64,000 nt of DNA, taken from IMG/VR virus record IMGVR_UViG_2061766007_000995; one strand, 5' to 3'. Positions 49,031 through 60,948 of this stretch are shown here, piece after piece (within the stretch, counting starts at the first letter, position 1; each line of letters starts with the position of its first letter). A program made the position numbers and the translations under genes. Below the pieces are notes generated by a model. The model made no database searches. It saw nothing but the letters and a program-made list of their open reading frames with translations, and was not told where the DNA came from. Source of the stretch: an uncultured virus (IMG/VR IMGVR_UViG_2061766007_000995) (lineage: Duplodnaviria; Heunggongvirae; Uroviricota; Caudoviricetes).

Positions 49031-50852
49031 CTAGTTTCCTCCTCCATTCTGAGGATCATTCGAATTTTGTGGTTCAGTCGGACTTGATTGATTTTCTAAA
49101 TCGCGTTGAACCCAGTCAAATTCTAGATCAGGATTTTCTCCTTCAAACGGGAATATTGTTTGGAGCTTTGTCATTAACGCATTCTTGAAAGATTCTATGG
49201 AGTCATTGACAAATTTTGTTGTTGCAATCATGGAAGAAGCGTCTCCAAGGATTGGAGTTGGAGCAAACGTTTTAGCTTTTCCAAGAGAATCAACCGATAT
49301 TCCCATTGACGTTGATATGGTTTCCATTTGTGGTCCAGCACCATAAACCTGCATAACTATTGAAGATTCTCCAGAAGATTCGACTCTATGCTTAATTGAA
49401 GCCATTCCAGTTCCGAATCTGTCATTAATTGAAATTCCCGATTCCACTCTTCCAGCTGGAGGAATGCCCTTCTCAATACGATCCTCAATCAACTGAAGAT
49501 TTGGTTCTGCATTTGAAATTGACAAATCAGCAAGAAAAGTCTTTTGTCCATCAACGCTCTGATCTTCATGAAGAGATACAGTAGTTCCCTTCACAAATTC
49601 AGTTGAAGCGACAGTTCCATCATTTGCTTCCGGATCTTGAGTTGGAACCAGTGGAGAAACAAGAAATGTCTTTAATCCAGTAACATCTTCATCTTCATCA
49701 ACCGACATTGCAACCTGTCTTACAAATTCAGTGGTTGCAATCCGATTTGAGGAATCTTCCGCTGGTGGAGTTGCCGCATAGGCAGCACCATATATTCTTG
49801 TGGAACCATCTTGAAGAAATTCAGCCGCTTTTATGAAGTTTGAACCGCCATTCTCGCATCCAACATAAAAGGAAATCTTCGTGTCGGAAGACACAATTAC
49901 AGATTCATCGTTGGCAAAGTCTATTCCAGAATAGTTGAACGCTCGTGGAAGCTCAAGAAATGATTCGCCAGAACCAATCCAGGTGCATCCAGTATTTGAA
50001 CCAATCATTAATGCTCCACTATAGGGAGTATCTGTTTCCGAGCCAGCAACTACATTGACTGGTCTAAGAGAATATGTCATTCCATTGGCCTGAAATGACA
50101 GATTCATTACAGGCAAAACCTGATTTTCTGAAAGATTTGTCTCAGTCAGATTGATATTGACTGGAGTTTTGAATGTCTTTTCACCAAGAACGTCTTCTGG
50201 TCCTTCAACGTGAAGAAATCCCTGAACTTCATCCTGAATTATGTTCTCTATTGTTGAACGCTGAAGCAGAAGTTTTCCCTCTTGATCCAGCTCTAGAATT
50301 GATGATGGTTTTTCACTCAATGCCAGTTCTGGAGACACAACGCTTGAAACNNNNNNNNNNCTTTCCTTCCTGATCCAGCTCTAGAATGGATGATGGTTTT
50401 TCACTCAATGCCAGTTCTGGAGACACAACGCTTGAAACGTTTATGTTTCTTCCAAAGGAAAACTGCTTTGGATAGACAACAACTCCAAGAATTGAACCAG
50501 CTTCAATGCTTGTTAAAAACTTGATTTGATTTGAGATTTCGCCAGCTTCACCAATTTCTTCATAGTCTATTCCTGGATACATGATGTATCCTGATACCGT
50601 CACGCGAAGCTGTCCCGTTCCAACTCCATAAGAAAGTGGAAGAGTATATATAGTTTCTGGATCAATTTCAGTCTGAAGCGTCTTGACTTCAATAGCAGGA
50701 TTCGCACTGTATTCCTGCTCATAGTCATGAACGTTTGTATTTGAGGATATTACGAGGCTTACCAGCTTTCGCAGTATCAGCTTTGTGTAGAGTTCCAGAC
50801 CGTCTTCATTAAGGTATGGAACTGCAAGATACACTTCATTTTCATCTGGCAT
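49031..50852 (-). CDS. tail-fibre-like virion protein (gap at 50351-50360)
   Basis: Repeated V.G.KTF and APT....S..IATT.FV motifs; VSPELALSEKPSSILELDQEGK on both sides of the gap; TAAATA at 50874-50879. Confidence 0.7.
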
Positions 50853-50895
50853 TGCTGACAAAACCAATCTTGATATTTACGTTGAATAAAAGAAA

Positions 50896-50921
50896 AGGAG
50901 TCTGAATATATTCAGACTCCT
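50896..50921 (-). terminator. intrinsic terminator
   Basis: AGGAGTCTGAAT/ATTCAGACTCCT with TTTTCTTTT on the minus strand. Confidence 0.7.
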
Positions 50922-50945
50922 ATACAAATCTATTTTAAAATGTGA

Positions 50946-52457
50946 CTATGGCTGAGGATTAATGGCTGGAGCTTCTGCATCTCCACATTCAAACACAAGA
51001 ACTTCACTGTTGAGGAAGCCATTTTCTTCCGAAGTTGAATTGGAAAGCACCTCATTGAGAGTCATTGCACTTGTGGAAGCGTCAAGAGCATCAATCTGCT
51101 GCTGCAGAGCCACAAGGGAAGCTTCATGGGCGGCATCGGCCTGCTCGGATTCCTGCTTCAGGGCTACAATGCTTGAAGCAATTTCATTTTCAAGTTCAGC
51201 ATGTTTTTCTTCAGCTTCACTCTTGAAGTTGCTGATTTCGTTTTGAAGAACAGCAAGTGCCGCATCATGTGCGCGATCTGCATCTGCACGAGCTTGAGCC
51301 TCATCTTGAAGAGCAGATTCAAGGGTTTCTGTACGGGTAATGAGACCGATCTTTGCCGGATCAGCATTTTCATCGCCATAAACTTCCTTTTCAAGAGCGA
51401 GGCCGCGGCTGCCAGCGAAAGCTGTAGAAGACGTTTCTCCGAGGGCAAGATCGGAAGCAACTACAACGAATTGACTGCCAGACCAGCGATAGGTCTTGTT
51501 TGTCATTACGTCTACATAAATTGTAGACGTGTTTGGAGCAATCCACTGTTCTGCTGGCTTTTGCGGGAACTTGTAGGTGATGTTGTTTTCAGTATGAGGA
51601 AGGCTGCCAAGATCTTCATCCGCTGATGGCTTCTGGGCGGCCACAAACTTCATTTGACGTTCTGCATTGACTTCAGGATCAAAAGAAGCAAAGAAGCCAA
51701 CAACGCTGTCGCCACTGTGAGTTAATCTATATGTTGTTTCATTGCTGTCGGTTCCAAGACAGACAATACCTTCAACAACATCATCAACGAAAGAAGGAAG
51801 AGCGGAAGCGGTAATCTTGCCGAGTCCGCTATCATAGATTTCGCTTGGAAGTGCGGACGTCTTTATTTTTGTGGAATCTGTTTCATTCAGAATTGCATCA
51901 AGATCCGCGCGGTTTGTTCCAATGTGTTCTGCATTTTCAGACACATCGCTTCTAATTTGATCAAGTTCCGCAGAAAAGTCGCCAGAAAGAGCATTTTGGA
52001 GTGCAATAAGCGCAGCATCATGTGCGGCATCCTTTGCGTCAACGTCATTCTTGAGGGCTACAAGGGCTGCATCCTTTGCATCCATCTCGTTCTTGAGGGC
52101 TACAAGGGCTGCATTCAGACTTGCAATGTCTTCTGCGTTGGTAAGATCCGTCCACTTCTTTCCATTCTGTTCATCTGGAACAAGACAGTAGAGCTTTTCG
52201 CCAGCAATTGCAAGATTGCCAACTTCTCCATCGGCGGCTGCAGGAAGTTCAGTAACTTCCTGGATTTTGGCTCCAACTCCATCAACAGCGAATGGAAGTT
52301 CATTCCAAGACTTGTCTCCGGTACCAATTTTAATACGGTTAAGTTCGTCAATTGCAAGCTCGCCCTTGAGAAGTTTCAGTTCGGAACGTTCCCAATTTTC
52401 AACGAGATCCCATTTTTGAGCAATTCTAGTTCTAAGTTTCTTGTCAAGGTTTGCCAT
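50946..52457 (-). CDS. fibrous virion protein: Mtd_N-like head plus coiled coil
   Basis: W.....KLLKGELAID...IKIGTG...WNELPF; LPSFVDDV; IYVD..TNKTYRWSGS; ALGETSSTAF.G.RG. Confidence 0.7.
   Translation of the reverse strand: MANLDKKLRTRIAQKWDLVENWERSELKLLKGELAIDELNRIKIGTGDKSWNELPFAVDGVGAKIQEVTELPAAADGEVGNLAIAGEKLYCLVPDEQNGKKWTDLTNAEDIASLNAALVALKNEMDAKDAALVALKNDVDAKDAAHDAALIALQNALSGDFSAELDQIRSDVSENAEHIGTNRADLDAILNETDSTKIKTSALPSEIYDSGLGKITASALPSFVDDVVEGIVCLGTDSNETTYRLTHSGDSVVGFFASFDPEVNAERQMKFVAAQKPSADEDLGSLPHTENNITYKFPQKPAEQWIAPNTSTIYVDVMTNKTYRWSGSQFVVVASDLALGETSSTAFAGSRGLALEKEVYGDENADPAKIGLITRTETLESALQDEAQARADADRAHDAALAVLQNEISNFKSEAEEKHAELENEIASSIVALKQESEQADAAHEASLVALQQQIDALDASTSAMTLNEVLSNSTSEENGFLNSEVLVFECGDAEAPAINPQP
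52027..52110. repeat. in-frame 42-bp tandem duplication
   Basis: Encodes AALVALKNEMDAKD / AALVALKNDVDAKD (two heptads per unit). Confidence 0.8.
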
Positions 52458-52495
52458 TTTAACACCTTCTAATAAATGGATTTTTTATAGCGCCA

Positions 52496-53194
52496 CTACC
52501 CGTGGCAGTGGCAGTTGCAGTTGCAGTTGCATCCAGATGACTGTTGTTCGGGTTGCGTCTGCGGAATTGAATAATCTGAAGCTCCACCACAATCTATGAA
52601 ATCGTATGGAGTTTCGAATCTAGCATAAGAGTCTCCAGTCCACCTGAAGCATTCATTTGTAGACGTATCTATGTACAGATTCTTTGCATTTCCAATGACT
52701 GGAAAGCAAAGATAGCTGTCAAATGGAAGTATTTCAGGAACAATTTCTCTTGTTAGGACTTCATATCCAGTATTGATGTCTCCTATCCACCAGAATCCAT
52801 CCTGCACTCGTGGAGTTTCTCCATCTCTTCCAATGGCTGAAACTCCTGTATCTTCTCCATTGATAAACCAGTGATAGGTTTCGTTGTCTATGTATGGAGT
52901 ATATCCGTCATTTCCAGGAATGCCTTGAAGTCCTGTAGCCAGAACTCCAGTGCTTTCTCCATCAATGCACCAGTATCCTTCAGCATTGATATATGGAGTA
53001 TGACCTGGAAGTCCAAGAGCCTGAACTCCAGTGTCTATGACTCCAAGCATCCAGTGTCCATTTTCTGGATTGATTGTTGGAGTAATTCCATCTTTTCCTG
53101 GAGGTCCTTGAATGCCTTCCCTGTTGACAATCTTTACAACTCTATGCTTTACGCAGTGAGTTGAAGAATTTTTTGTAATGTCTATGTAGTTCAT
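52496..53194 (-). CDS. collagen-like repeat virion protein
   Basis: Four G..G.TP.I...G.W...G.DTG..A.G repeats; C-terminal GCNCNCNCHCHG. Confidence 0.7.
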   Translation of the reverse strand: MNYIDITKNSSTHCVKHRVVKIVNREGIQGPPGKDGITPTINPENGHWMLGVIDTGVQALGLPGHTPYINAEGYWCIDGESTGVLATGLQGIPGNDGYTPYIDNETYHWFINGEDTGVSAIGRDGETPRVQDGFWWIGDINTGYEVLTREIVPEILPFDSYLCFPVIGNAKNLYIDTSTNECFRWTGDSYARFETPYDFIDCGGASDYSIPQTQPEQQSSGCNCNCNCHCHG

Positions 53195-53197
53195 GAA

Positions 53198-53698
53198 TTA
53201 ATGGCTCCTGCATCCAGCCGAGGAAGCAACGTCAATGACTCCTTCCAGAATGCGATAGACTTCATTTCCTGGAGAGACAAGGTCAAGCTGGTAGGAATAC
53301 CGCTCAACGCATCCAAGTTCATTGCTGGACGTCCATATTTTACTTGTTTCGTATGGAGACATATGAATTTTCATCATTCCTTCTCTACAGCAGGAAATTG
53401 AAACGTTCAGCGTAAAAGTTTGTCCGGTTGAGCATTCTGCCTTCATTCTTGCGGAATATCCAGTCAAGTTCATTGGAACCCTGTCACAGTCCTTGTATTC
53501 CAGATCAAGGTCTAATGTTGCTCCCTTGTTGATGGAAAAGTCATATCTTGCCGCCTGGGATGAATCTTGATACAGGACGTCCATGTCTCTGCAGCAATCA
53601 TATTTGTATCTCATTGCAACACCTTTGTTGATGTTCAGTATGTTCGTCGTTTTGGGAAGATAGCCCTGCCCAGTTACGACCACTCTTGAAGCGTTCAT
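53198..53698 (-). CDS. putative virion structural protein
   Basis: I.KGAT......P.NLTGYSARM...Y.YQL.L......RILEG.I.V. Confidence 0.6.
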   Translation of the reverse strand: MNASRVVVTGQGYLPKTTNILNINKGVAMRYKYDCCRDMDVLYQDSSQAARYDFSINKGATLDLDLEYKDCDRVPMNLTGYSARMKAECSTGQTFTLNVSISCCREGMMKIHMSPYETSKIWTSSNELGCVERYSYQLDLVSPGNEVYRILEGVIDVASSAGCRSH

Positions 53699-54474
53699 GA
53701 CAGCTCCGTTTCCGATGTTTCGAATCCATGAATCCTTCCATGAAGTCCTTCTGAATCAATGCTTCTATTCACGGCAACTCCTGGTCTTCCAAGATTGACT
53801 TCAATTGTATCCATAATGGCATCCTGCACTACAGACATTTCAGCAGTCTTTGGAGGAAGAACGTTTGCATATACAGTAAACGACAAGTCCCAGTTTATAA
53901 TGCGATTTTCAAGCATTGTCTGGTAGCTGTCGCCTTTTGACACCGAACCAAGAACTATTTTTACGTCATTTATCAAATTAATCTTGAAAGATTCCTTCAT
54001 TTTAATGGAAATTTCTGGAGCAAACATAGGAAGAATCTGATCCAGAATCTGTATTGAGTCATCCATGTTCTTGGCCCACAGCGTAAGAGTGAATTCAAAA
54101 CTGTAGGCCACAGGACTTTTTGACTTGACAACAGTTCCACTAGAAGATATTGTTCTTCCATATACAGGAAGATTGACGTTCATTCCACGTTCTGGACTTG
54201 CTTGAAGACTTGTCATTTCAAATGACAATCTAGGAAGCTTGACATTGACCTCAGATGCGGCATCTGGCGCCCGCATGCTTTCATCTATCCACAGGGAGTA
54301 GGCCTCTTTTGCTGAATAGGCGATTGGAACAAGCGTGGAAGAGCTTTCATCAATGCTTCCATCTTTTTTGTACTTTCGTACATGAAGATTGGAAAACACT
54401 GATCCAAAGACAACAGATACGTTCCGAATCGCGGAACGGGAGTATATGTCTTTTGAGGTCAGCCTTCCTGCCAT
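53695..54474 (-). CDS. 15: T4-like tail sheath stabiliser/completion protein gp15
   Basis: IR....FG..F.NL; VPIAY..KE; LPRLSFEM; PV.Y...F.L.......D..QI.DQILP.F; TAAATA at 54495-54500. Confidence 0.88.
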   Translation of the reverse strand: MAGRLTSKDIYSRSAIRNVSVVFGSVFSNLHVRKYKKDGSIDESSSTLVPIAYSAKEAYSLWIDESMRAPDAASEVNVKLPRLSFEMTSLQASPERGMNVNLPVYGRTISSSGTVVKSKSPVAYSFEFTLTLWAKNMDDSIQILDQILPMFAPEISIKMKESFKINLINDVKIVLGSVSKGDSYQTMLENRIINWDLSFTVYANVLPPKTAEMSVVQDAIMDTIEVNLGRPGVAVNRSIDSEGLHGRIHGFETSETELS

Positions 54475-54503
54475 GCCACACCGAAGTCTTTTCATATTTA
54501 AGC

Positions 54504-54532
54504 TTGACGTTCGCTTGGAAATGCAGTATAAA
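54504..54532 (+). promoter_or_regulatory. sigma70-type promoter TTGACG-N17-TATAAA
   Basis: Upstream of the DNA polymerase gene. Confidence 0.55.
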
Positions 54533-54561
54533 CATTTTTGCCTGAATAGTAGGGAGGCATC

Positions 54562-56365
54562 ATGGGTAGACAGTATGTAAACGTAGACCGTCTTGGCGGA
54601 TACATTGTTGCCAGAGAGCTTGTGGATGGAAAGGAATGTCTAAAAAAAGAGAAAATTCATCCAGTTGTCTATAAAACCACTTCTAGAAAAACAGAATGGT
54701 TAAGCTTTAGAGGAGACTGTCATGTTGATGAACACTGGTTTGACTCCACTGGAGACTTGAATCGTTTTTTAGAAGAGAACAAGGAATGGGAAGATGAGAT
54801 ATATGGATGCAACGATCTAGTCATTCAGTACATCTGGAATGAGAACTATGATGAAAAGGATACATCAAAACTAAAGATTTCCTTTCTTGACATTGAGGTA
54901 TGCACTCGTCAAAAAGTTGGAGACGAATGGGTTGATGGTGGCTTTCCTGAAGCGAAGGATGCAAGATTTCCAATAAATGCCATATGCGACTACAGGTCTG
55001 ACGACAAGACATACCATGTCTTCACAACGGCTTCTGGATGGACAAAGAAAGATTCCCAATTGAAGTATGCCGAAGAGGTAGAATACGTCTATTGCAAAAA
55101 TGAAGTTGAACTTCTAAGAAAATGGCTNNNNNNNNNNCGAAGCGAAGGATGCAAGATTTCCAATAAATGCCATATGTGACTATAGGTCTGACGACAAGAC
55201 ATACCATGTCTTCACAACGGCTCCTGGATGGACAAAGAAAGATTCCCAATTGAAGTATGCCGAAGAAGTAGAATACGTCTATTGCAAAAATGAAGTTGAA
55301 CTTCTAAGAAAATGGCTTAGTTTTTGGATGGCCAATTATCCACATATTGTCACTGGCTGGAACGTCAAGCTGTTTGACATTCCATACATTGTCAATAGAC
55401 TAAACAATCTGTTTGGCGAGAAGGCGGCAAAGAATGCCCTGTCTCCATGGAAGGCCATCAACGCAAGAGTCGAAAAGACTACATTTGGCGGAAGCATCGG
55501 CTATTATGACATAGTTGGAATATCAATTCTTGACTATCTGGATCTTTACAAGAAATACAGGTTTGTTCCAAGAGAAAAATATACGCTGGACTACATCTCC
55601 AGATGCGAAAATCCAGAAGACGTGAAGCTTCGCTTTGAAGGAACGCACGGCTCTCTCTATTATGATGATCCAAAGTTCTTTGTAGACTACAACATTCAGG
55701 ACGTCCGATGCGTGGTATGCTTTGAAAGGGACCTGCAGTTCATTTCCCTTGCCGCGTATCTGTCCTATTTCTCTGGAATCAACTTTGAAGATTCCTTTTC
55801 TCCAGTGAAAGTGTGGGAAACTTTAATTTACAGGCATGGAATGGAAAACCACAAGGTTGTTCCCTGGAAGTTCAAGGACAGAGAAATACACAAGGAGCAT
55901 TATGAAGGAGCCTATGTTCATTCTCCAGTTCCTGGACTGAAGAAATGCATTGCTTCGTTTGACTTTACTTCCCTGTATCCCTCAATAATGCGTCTCTGGA
56001 ATACTGGAGATGACGTCCACAAGAAGGGAGAGGAAAGAACCAAACTGAAAAGTGAATTGATGGAAATTCTTCAAACTTCATCGGAATGCAGGCCGATGTT
56101 TGAAGAAATATCCAAAACTGGCATATTCAATGAGTTCTATATCAACAATGACATGCCAGAAACTGTAGTCAAGTGGCTGAAGAAAAAGGGAGTTTCGCTT
56201 TCAACCAACTGCGAATTCTTTGACGTGACTAGAAAGTCCATCATTATAGAACTAATTTCAACGCTGTTCAAGGAAAGAAAGGCCGACAAGAAGGAAGCCT
56301 TCAAGTACAAGCATCTGGCGCAGGATGCAAAGGATGAACTGGCCAAAAGGGGAATCATGATATGA
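54562..56365 (+). CDS. 43: family B DNA polymerase, N-terminal part (gp43A-like; gap at 55128-55137)
   Basis: Exo motifs FLDIEV, TGWNVKLFDIPYI, DYNIQDV; YEGAYV; motif A SFDFTSLYPSIM; stops after FKERKADKK without motif B or C. Confidence 0.88.
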
Positions 56366-57340
56366 AGATATTGATTCTTGGAGATCTCCATATTGGAGTG
56401 AGAAACTCCAATCCAGTCCTGTTCAAAATGATGAAGGACTTCTTTTTCAATATGCTTTTTCCCTACATAAAGGAAAATGGAATAAAACATGTTCTTCAGC
56501 TTGGGGATGTTCACGACAGAAGAAAGTCAATTGACTTCATGGTTGCCGACTGGATAACGAACCANNNNNNNNNNAATGTTTGAAGAAATATCCAAAACTG
56601 GCATATTCAATGAGTTCTATATTAANNNNNNNNNNNNNNNNNNNNNNNNNNNNNNNNNNNNNNNNNNNNNNNNNNNNNNNNNNNNNNNNNNNNNNNNNNN
56701 NNNNNNNNNNNNNNNNNNNNNNNNNNNNNNNNNNNNNNNNNNNNNNNNNNNNNNNNNNNNNNNNNNNNNNNNNNNNNNNNNNNNNNNNNNNNNNCGATAT
56801 GAAGATACTGATCCTTGGAGATCTTCACATAGGAGTGAGAAACTCCAATCCAGTCCTTTTTAGGATGATGAAGGACTTCTTTTTCAATATGCTTTTTCCC
56901 TACATAAAGGAAAATGGAATAAGGCATGTTCTCCAGCTTGGGGACGTCCATGACAGAAGAAAGTCAATTGACTTCATGGTTGCCGACTGGATAACGAACC
57001 ACTTTTTCAAATGGTTTGAAGAGAATGAAGTGGACTTCATATCGCTTGTTGGCAATCATGACTCCTACTACAAGAACACAATATCCATTGACGGAATGTC
57101 TCAATTGTCCGACAGGCTGAAACATGTTCAGATAGTCAAGGAACCAACTTCATTTGATTTTGATGAACAGAAGTTTTTAATGATTCCCTGGGTATGTGAT
57201 GAGAACAGGGAAGCCTGCGCCAAGGCCGTTGCCGAGAATGCAGATTCAGAGACGTTCCTGCTTGGACATTTTGAACTTTCTGGCTTTGAGATGGTGAGAG
57301 GGTTCAAGTCCGAAACAGACTGCATTAACAGGGAAGACGT
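56362..57340 (+). CDS. 47: gp47 recombination nuclease (Mre11/SbcD-like), duplicated across a gap, 3' end in gap
   Basis: GDLHIG, QLGDVHDRRK, VGNHDSYYKNT, IPWV, GHFELSGF. Confidence 0.9.
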
Positions 57341-57541
57341 NNNNNNNNNNNNNNNNNNNNNNNNNNNNNNNNNNNNNNNNNNNNNNNNNNNNNNNNNNNN
57401 NNNNNNNNNNNNNNNNNNNNNNNNNNNNNNNNNNNNNNNNNNNNNNNNNNNNNNNNNNNNNNNNNNNNNNNNNNNNNNNNNNNNNNNNNNNNNNNNNNNN
57501 NNNNNNNNNNNNNNNNNNNNNNNNNNNNNNNNNNNNNNNNN

Positions 57542-59239
57542 TTCATGCAAGGTTGTAAGAGGAGCAAAGCCTGGCCTGTTTGAAATATGGGTAAATGGAA
57601 AATTGAAGGAGCAAAGTGCCTCCGTCAAAGACTATCAGACCTATCTTTCCAAGCATCTGCTCAAGATGGATGAAAAGACTTTCAGACAGATTGTGGTCAT
57701 TGGCTCCAGTTCCTACGTTCCATTCATGTCTCTTTCTGCTGGAGACAGAAGGACCGTAGTTGAACAGCTGCTTTCGCTGGACATGTTTGAGGCGCTGAAT
57801 GATGTGGCCAAGCAGGAAATGCGAGTTATAGATGACCGAATGTATCGTCTGGAAGCCAAGAAGTCTGAAGTTGAAGTCAAGATTTCAATGCAGAAAAAGC
57901 ACAATGAAGACAGCGTTCAGCGAATGCTCCAGCAAGTAAAGGACTACGAACGGAATATTGAGGAACTAAGACAGAAAAGAAGTGGAATAGAGCAGTCGTT
58001 AAAGAAGGCCATGTCCAGTCTCGACAAAAGGAAATATGAGGAAGCAAGAGAGAAGCTGTCAAAATTGGATGAAGCCATCAGAAAAAGTTCTGAATGGAAG
58101 GCCAAAAAGATGGTAAAGGACAACGAACGGAGAAAAATGCTCAAGTTTTTCAACGAAAACTGCACATGTCCTACATGCTTTCAGGAATTAAACAAGTCCT
58201 TTGTTGATGGAAAGATCGCTGAACTGAATGAAGCAAACAGCATTTTTCAAAAAGACATGGAGACTTTTGAGAAGAATCTTGCTGGAATAAAGGAGCAAAG
58301 AGACTCCCTTGCCTCCTGGGTTTCTGACGTGGCTAGAAAATCTTCGGAAATCAACAGACTGGCTTCAGAAAAGGATGCCGTCTCCAGCAATATTTCTTTT
58401 GTTGAGAGGCAGAAATTCAACGTAGAGCAGAGCATTGATGAAGAAAAGAAGCTGGCGGCTGGAGANNNNNNNNNNTTCCTGGGTTTCCGATGTGGCCAAA
58501 AAATCTTCGGAAATCAACAGACTGGCTTCAGAAAAGGATGCCGTCTCCAGCAACATCTCCTTTGTTGAGAGGCAGAAGTTCAACGTAGAGCAGAGCATTG
58601 ATGAAGAAAAGAAGCTGGCGGCTGGAGACACGATAGAACTTGAAACGGAAATGGAGGAAGTGCAGAAGGAAATCACGTCTCTCAAGGATGAAATGGAGAT
58701 ACTGGAGTTCTTTTTGATGGAGTTCAAGGACACTGGCGTCAAGGCCAGAGTTGTTTCAAGCCATCTTGCATTAATCAATCAGCTTGTTGGCAAGTATCTC
58801 AAGATTGTTGGATTTGAAATAGGCTTTCAGTTTGATGAAATGTTCAATGAATCCATCTCTACTAAGGGAATGGAATCGTTTGAATACTCCAACTATTCCG
58901 AAGGCGAGAAGCTTCGGATCAACTGCGCTATTCTGTTCAGCTTCAGAGAGCTGGCCAAGATACGCTCCTGCGTTTCAACCAACATTCTTGTTCTGGACGA
59001 ATTTGATCAGGGAACCTTGGATGAAGATGGCTTTACGTCCGTAGTAAACATATTGAAGTCCTGCGANNNNNNNNNNGCTGGATGAAGATGGCTTTACGTC
59101 CGTAGTAAACATATTGAAGTCCTGCGAAAATCAGAACATCTTCATCATATCCCATTCCACGTCTGAATTTGACCAGATTTCAGACAGAAGTCTTGTGGCA
59201 AGAAAGGTGAATGGGTTCTCGGAAATTTTTGAAAACTAG
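57542..59239 (+). CDS. 46: gp46 recombination ATPase (Rad50/SbcC-like), 5' end in gap
   Basis: FRQIVVIGSSSYVPFM.L...RR..VE.LL; CPTC zinc hook; YSEGEK.RI; NILVLDE; IISH. Confidence 0.92.
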
Positions 59240-59247
59240 GAGGAAGC

Positions 59248-60105
59248 ATGGGATTTTTCAGTGAAATTAAGGAGATGGCAAAAGCAGTCAATGAGGCTCT
59301 GCGGCCAAGGACCATCGTTGACCATGTGCATGAACGCATTAAGGCATTGGATGAAGAGATGCAGTCTGGAAGAAGGTTCATTTCCATAAAAAGAATATGG
59401 GACTGGATGAAGGAAAATGAGAGGATGCGTCTCTGCAACTACGACCGTCTCAATGAACGCCTGCAGGAAGAATTGAAGAATATGGACGAGAAAAAGAAAG
59501 ATGAGGACAACTATGATGTCCTTGGAAGGAAGTTTCCTTCCAAGGAGATGCTGGAAGAGGCAGACAAGGCTATTGAAGATGCATCAAAGACTATTAAGGA
59601 ATGCCATGAATCCATTGCAGATAGACTGGCACTGAATAAGCAGGAAATAAAGAAGGATCAGCACTACTTTGGAGAAGCGTATCTCTTGAAGCACTGGACT
59701 ACAACTCCTCAAGTCAATGACATAGTGGTGGTAAAAAGAAAGGACAATGGTTTATGGATCGCATCTACTGTTCAAGCCGTCGAAGGAAGTGCAGTATGGT
59801 GTGATGAAGACTGGCACGAGGAGCATTTTCCATACCGTTTCAATGAAGAGCTGGTTGGAACCACAAAAACGCCAAAGAATCCAATGACTCTTAGATGGGG
59901 AGACAAGGTATGGGTGGCTGATGATCTGAAGGATGAACCAGAGCTTTCAATCTTCATTGGCTTCAATCCAGATGGAGAAAGTGATTTAAGATGGTTGACT
60001 CTTTCATCTGCGGAAAACTGTCTGGAATCCTTTTTAAACCAGAAAAAGTGGCCTCCATTTGGACACTGGAAGTACATGTGGATGGCTGAGGACAATACAG
60101 AATGA
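59248..60105 (+). CDS. hypothetical protein, paralogue family (NEELVGT...LRWGDKV)
   Basis: AGGAGG RBS; module shared with 19210, 20707 and 60949. Confidence 0.65.
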   Translation: MGFFSEIKEMAKAVNEALRPRTIVDHVHERIKALDEEMQSGRRFISIKRIWDWMKENERMRLCNYDRLNERLQEELKNMDEKKKDEDNYDVLGRKFPSKEMLEEADKAIEDASKTIKECHESIADRLALNKQEIKKDQHYFGEAYLLKHWTTTPQVNDIVVVKRKDNGLWIASTVQAVEGSAVWCDEDWHEEHFPYRFNEELVGTTKTPKNPMTLRWGDKVWVADDLKDEPELSIFIGFNPDGESDLRWLTLSSAENCLESFLNQKKWPPFGHWKYMWMAEDNTE

Positions 60106-60738
60106 TATGGACGTCCTGCTATGGCCACTGGAGATGGTTTCCTGAAGGATGCATAAGAGCTGCAGTCTCCCTGCAGGTTCCAAAGGAAAGCTCCTTTGAC
60201 ATCCATATCAAGCCGTTTGCTCCAACGTGGGAACTTGTTCAGCTTGGCAAGTCAAAAGAAGACAAGATTAGATGGACAAGGGAGTATCTTGCACTGCTTG
60301 ATTCTCGGGAATCAGCTTCTATTGCCGCCCAGAAACTGAAGGAAATGTCATTGAAAGGAAAAAAGATTGTGCTTCTATGCTGGGAAGCAGATCATCTTGA
60401 CTGCCACAGACGACTTCTAGCCAAATGGATTGAAGTTGGATGGGGAATGGAGATACCTGAACTTCAAAANNNNNNNNNNCCAGCTTGGCAAGTCAAAGGA
60501 AGACAGACCAAGATGGACAAGAGAATATCTTGCATTGCTTGACTCAAGGGAATCAGCCTTCGCGGCCGCTCAAAAGCTGAAGGAAATGTCACTAAAGGGA
60601 AAGAAGATTGTGTTGCTGTGCTGGGAAGCCGACCATCTTGACTGTCATAGACGACTTCTGGCCAAATGGATTGAAGTTGGATGGGGAATGGAGATACCTG
60701 AACTTCAAAAGAATGAAACCATAATGGAGGAAGAATAG
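60102..60738 (+). CDS. DUF488-family protein (allelic duplicate across gap)
   Basis: IWTS.Y; APTWEL; Y...L; IVLLCWE....CHRRLLA.W. Confidence 0.8.
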
Positions 60739-60932
60739 TGTTCAAGCAAAATGATCTGGTTGAGATACGCATGTTCAACGCAGAAGGGTATGAATACTGG
60801 AAACAGGCCAGCTATGAATGCAAGCTGAACATTGATGATGAGCCAGTTCTTCTGCATTCCGTCATTCTTAATGATGATTCTAGAAGACGCATTCTGGTCT
60901 ATACAGAAAACATCAGAAAGGTGGCCTGCTAG
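60738..60932 (+). CDS. small hypothetical protein
   Basis: GTG start with GGAGG RBS; second allele at ~61526-61655. Confidence 0.55.
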   Translation: MFKQNDLVEIRMFNAEGYEYWKQASYECKLNIDDEPVLLHSVILNDDSRRRILVYTENIRKVAC

Positions 60933-60948
60933 CAGGGAGAAGATAGAA

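Noticed and set aside
1814..52457. Diversity-generating retroelement implied by Mtd_N-like domains
   Set aside because: No reverse transcriptase and no template/variable repeat pair with adenine-specific differences seen in the window; Mtd_N is a generic fibre attachment domain
56580..58568. 662-aa gp47-gp46 fusion in the ORF track
   Set aside because: Artefact of translating through N runs
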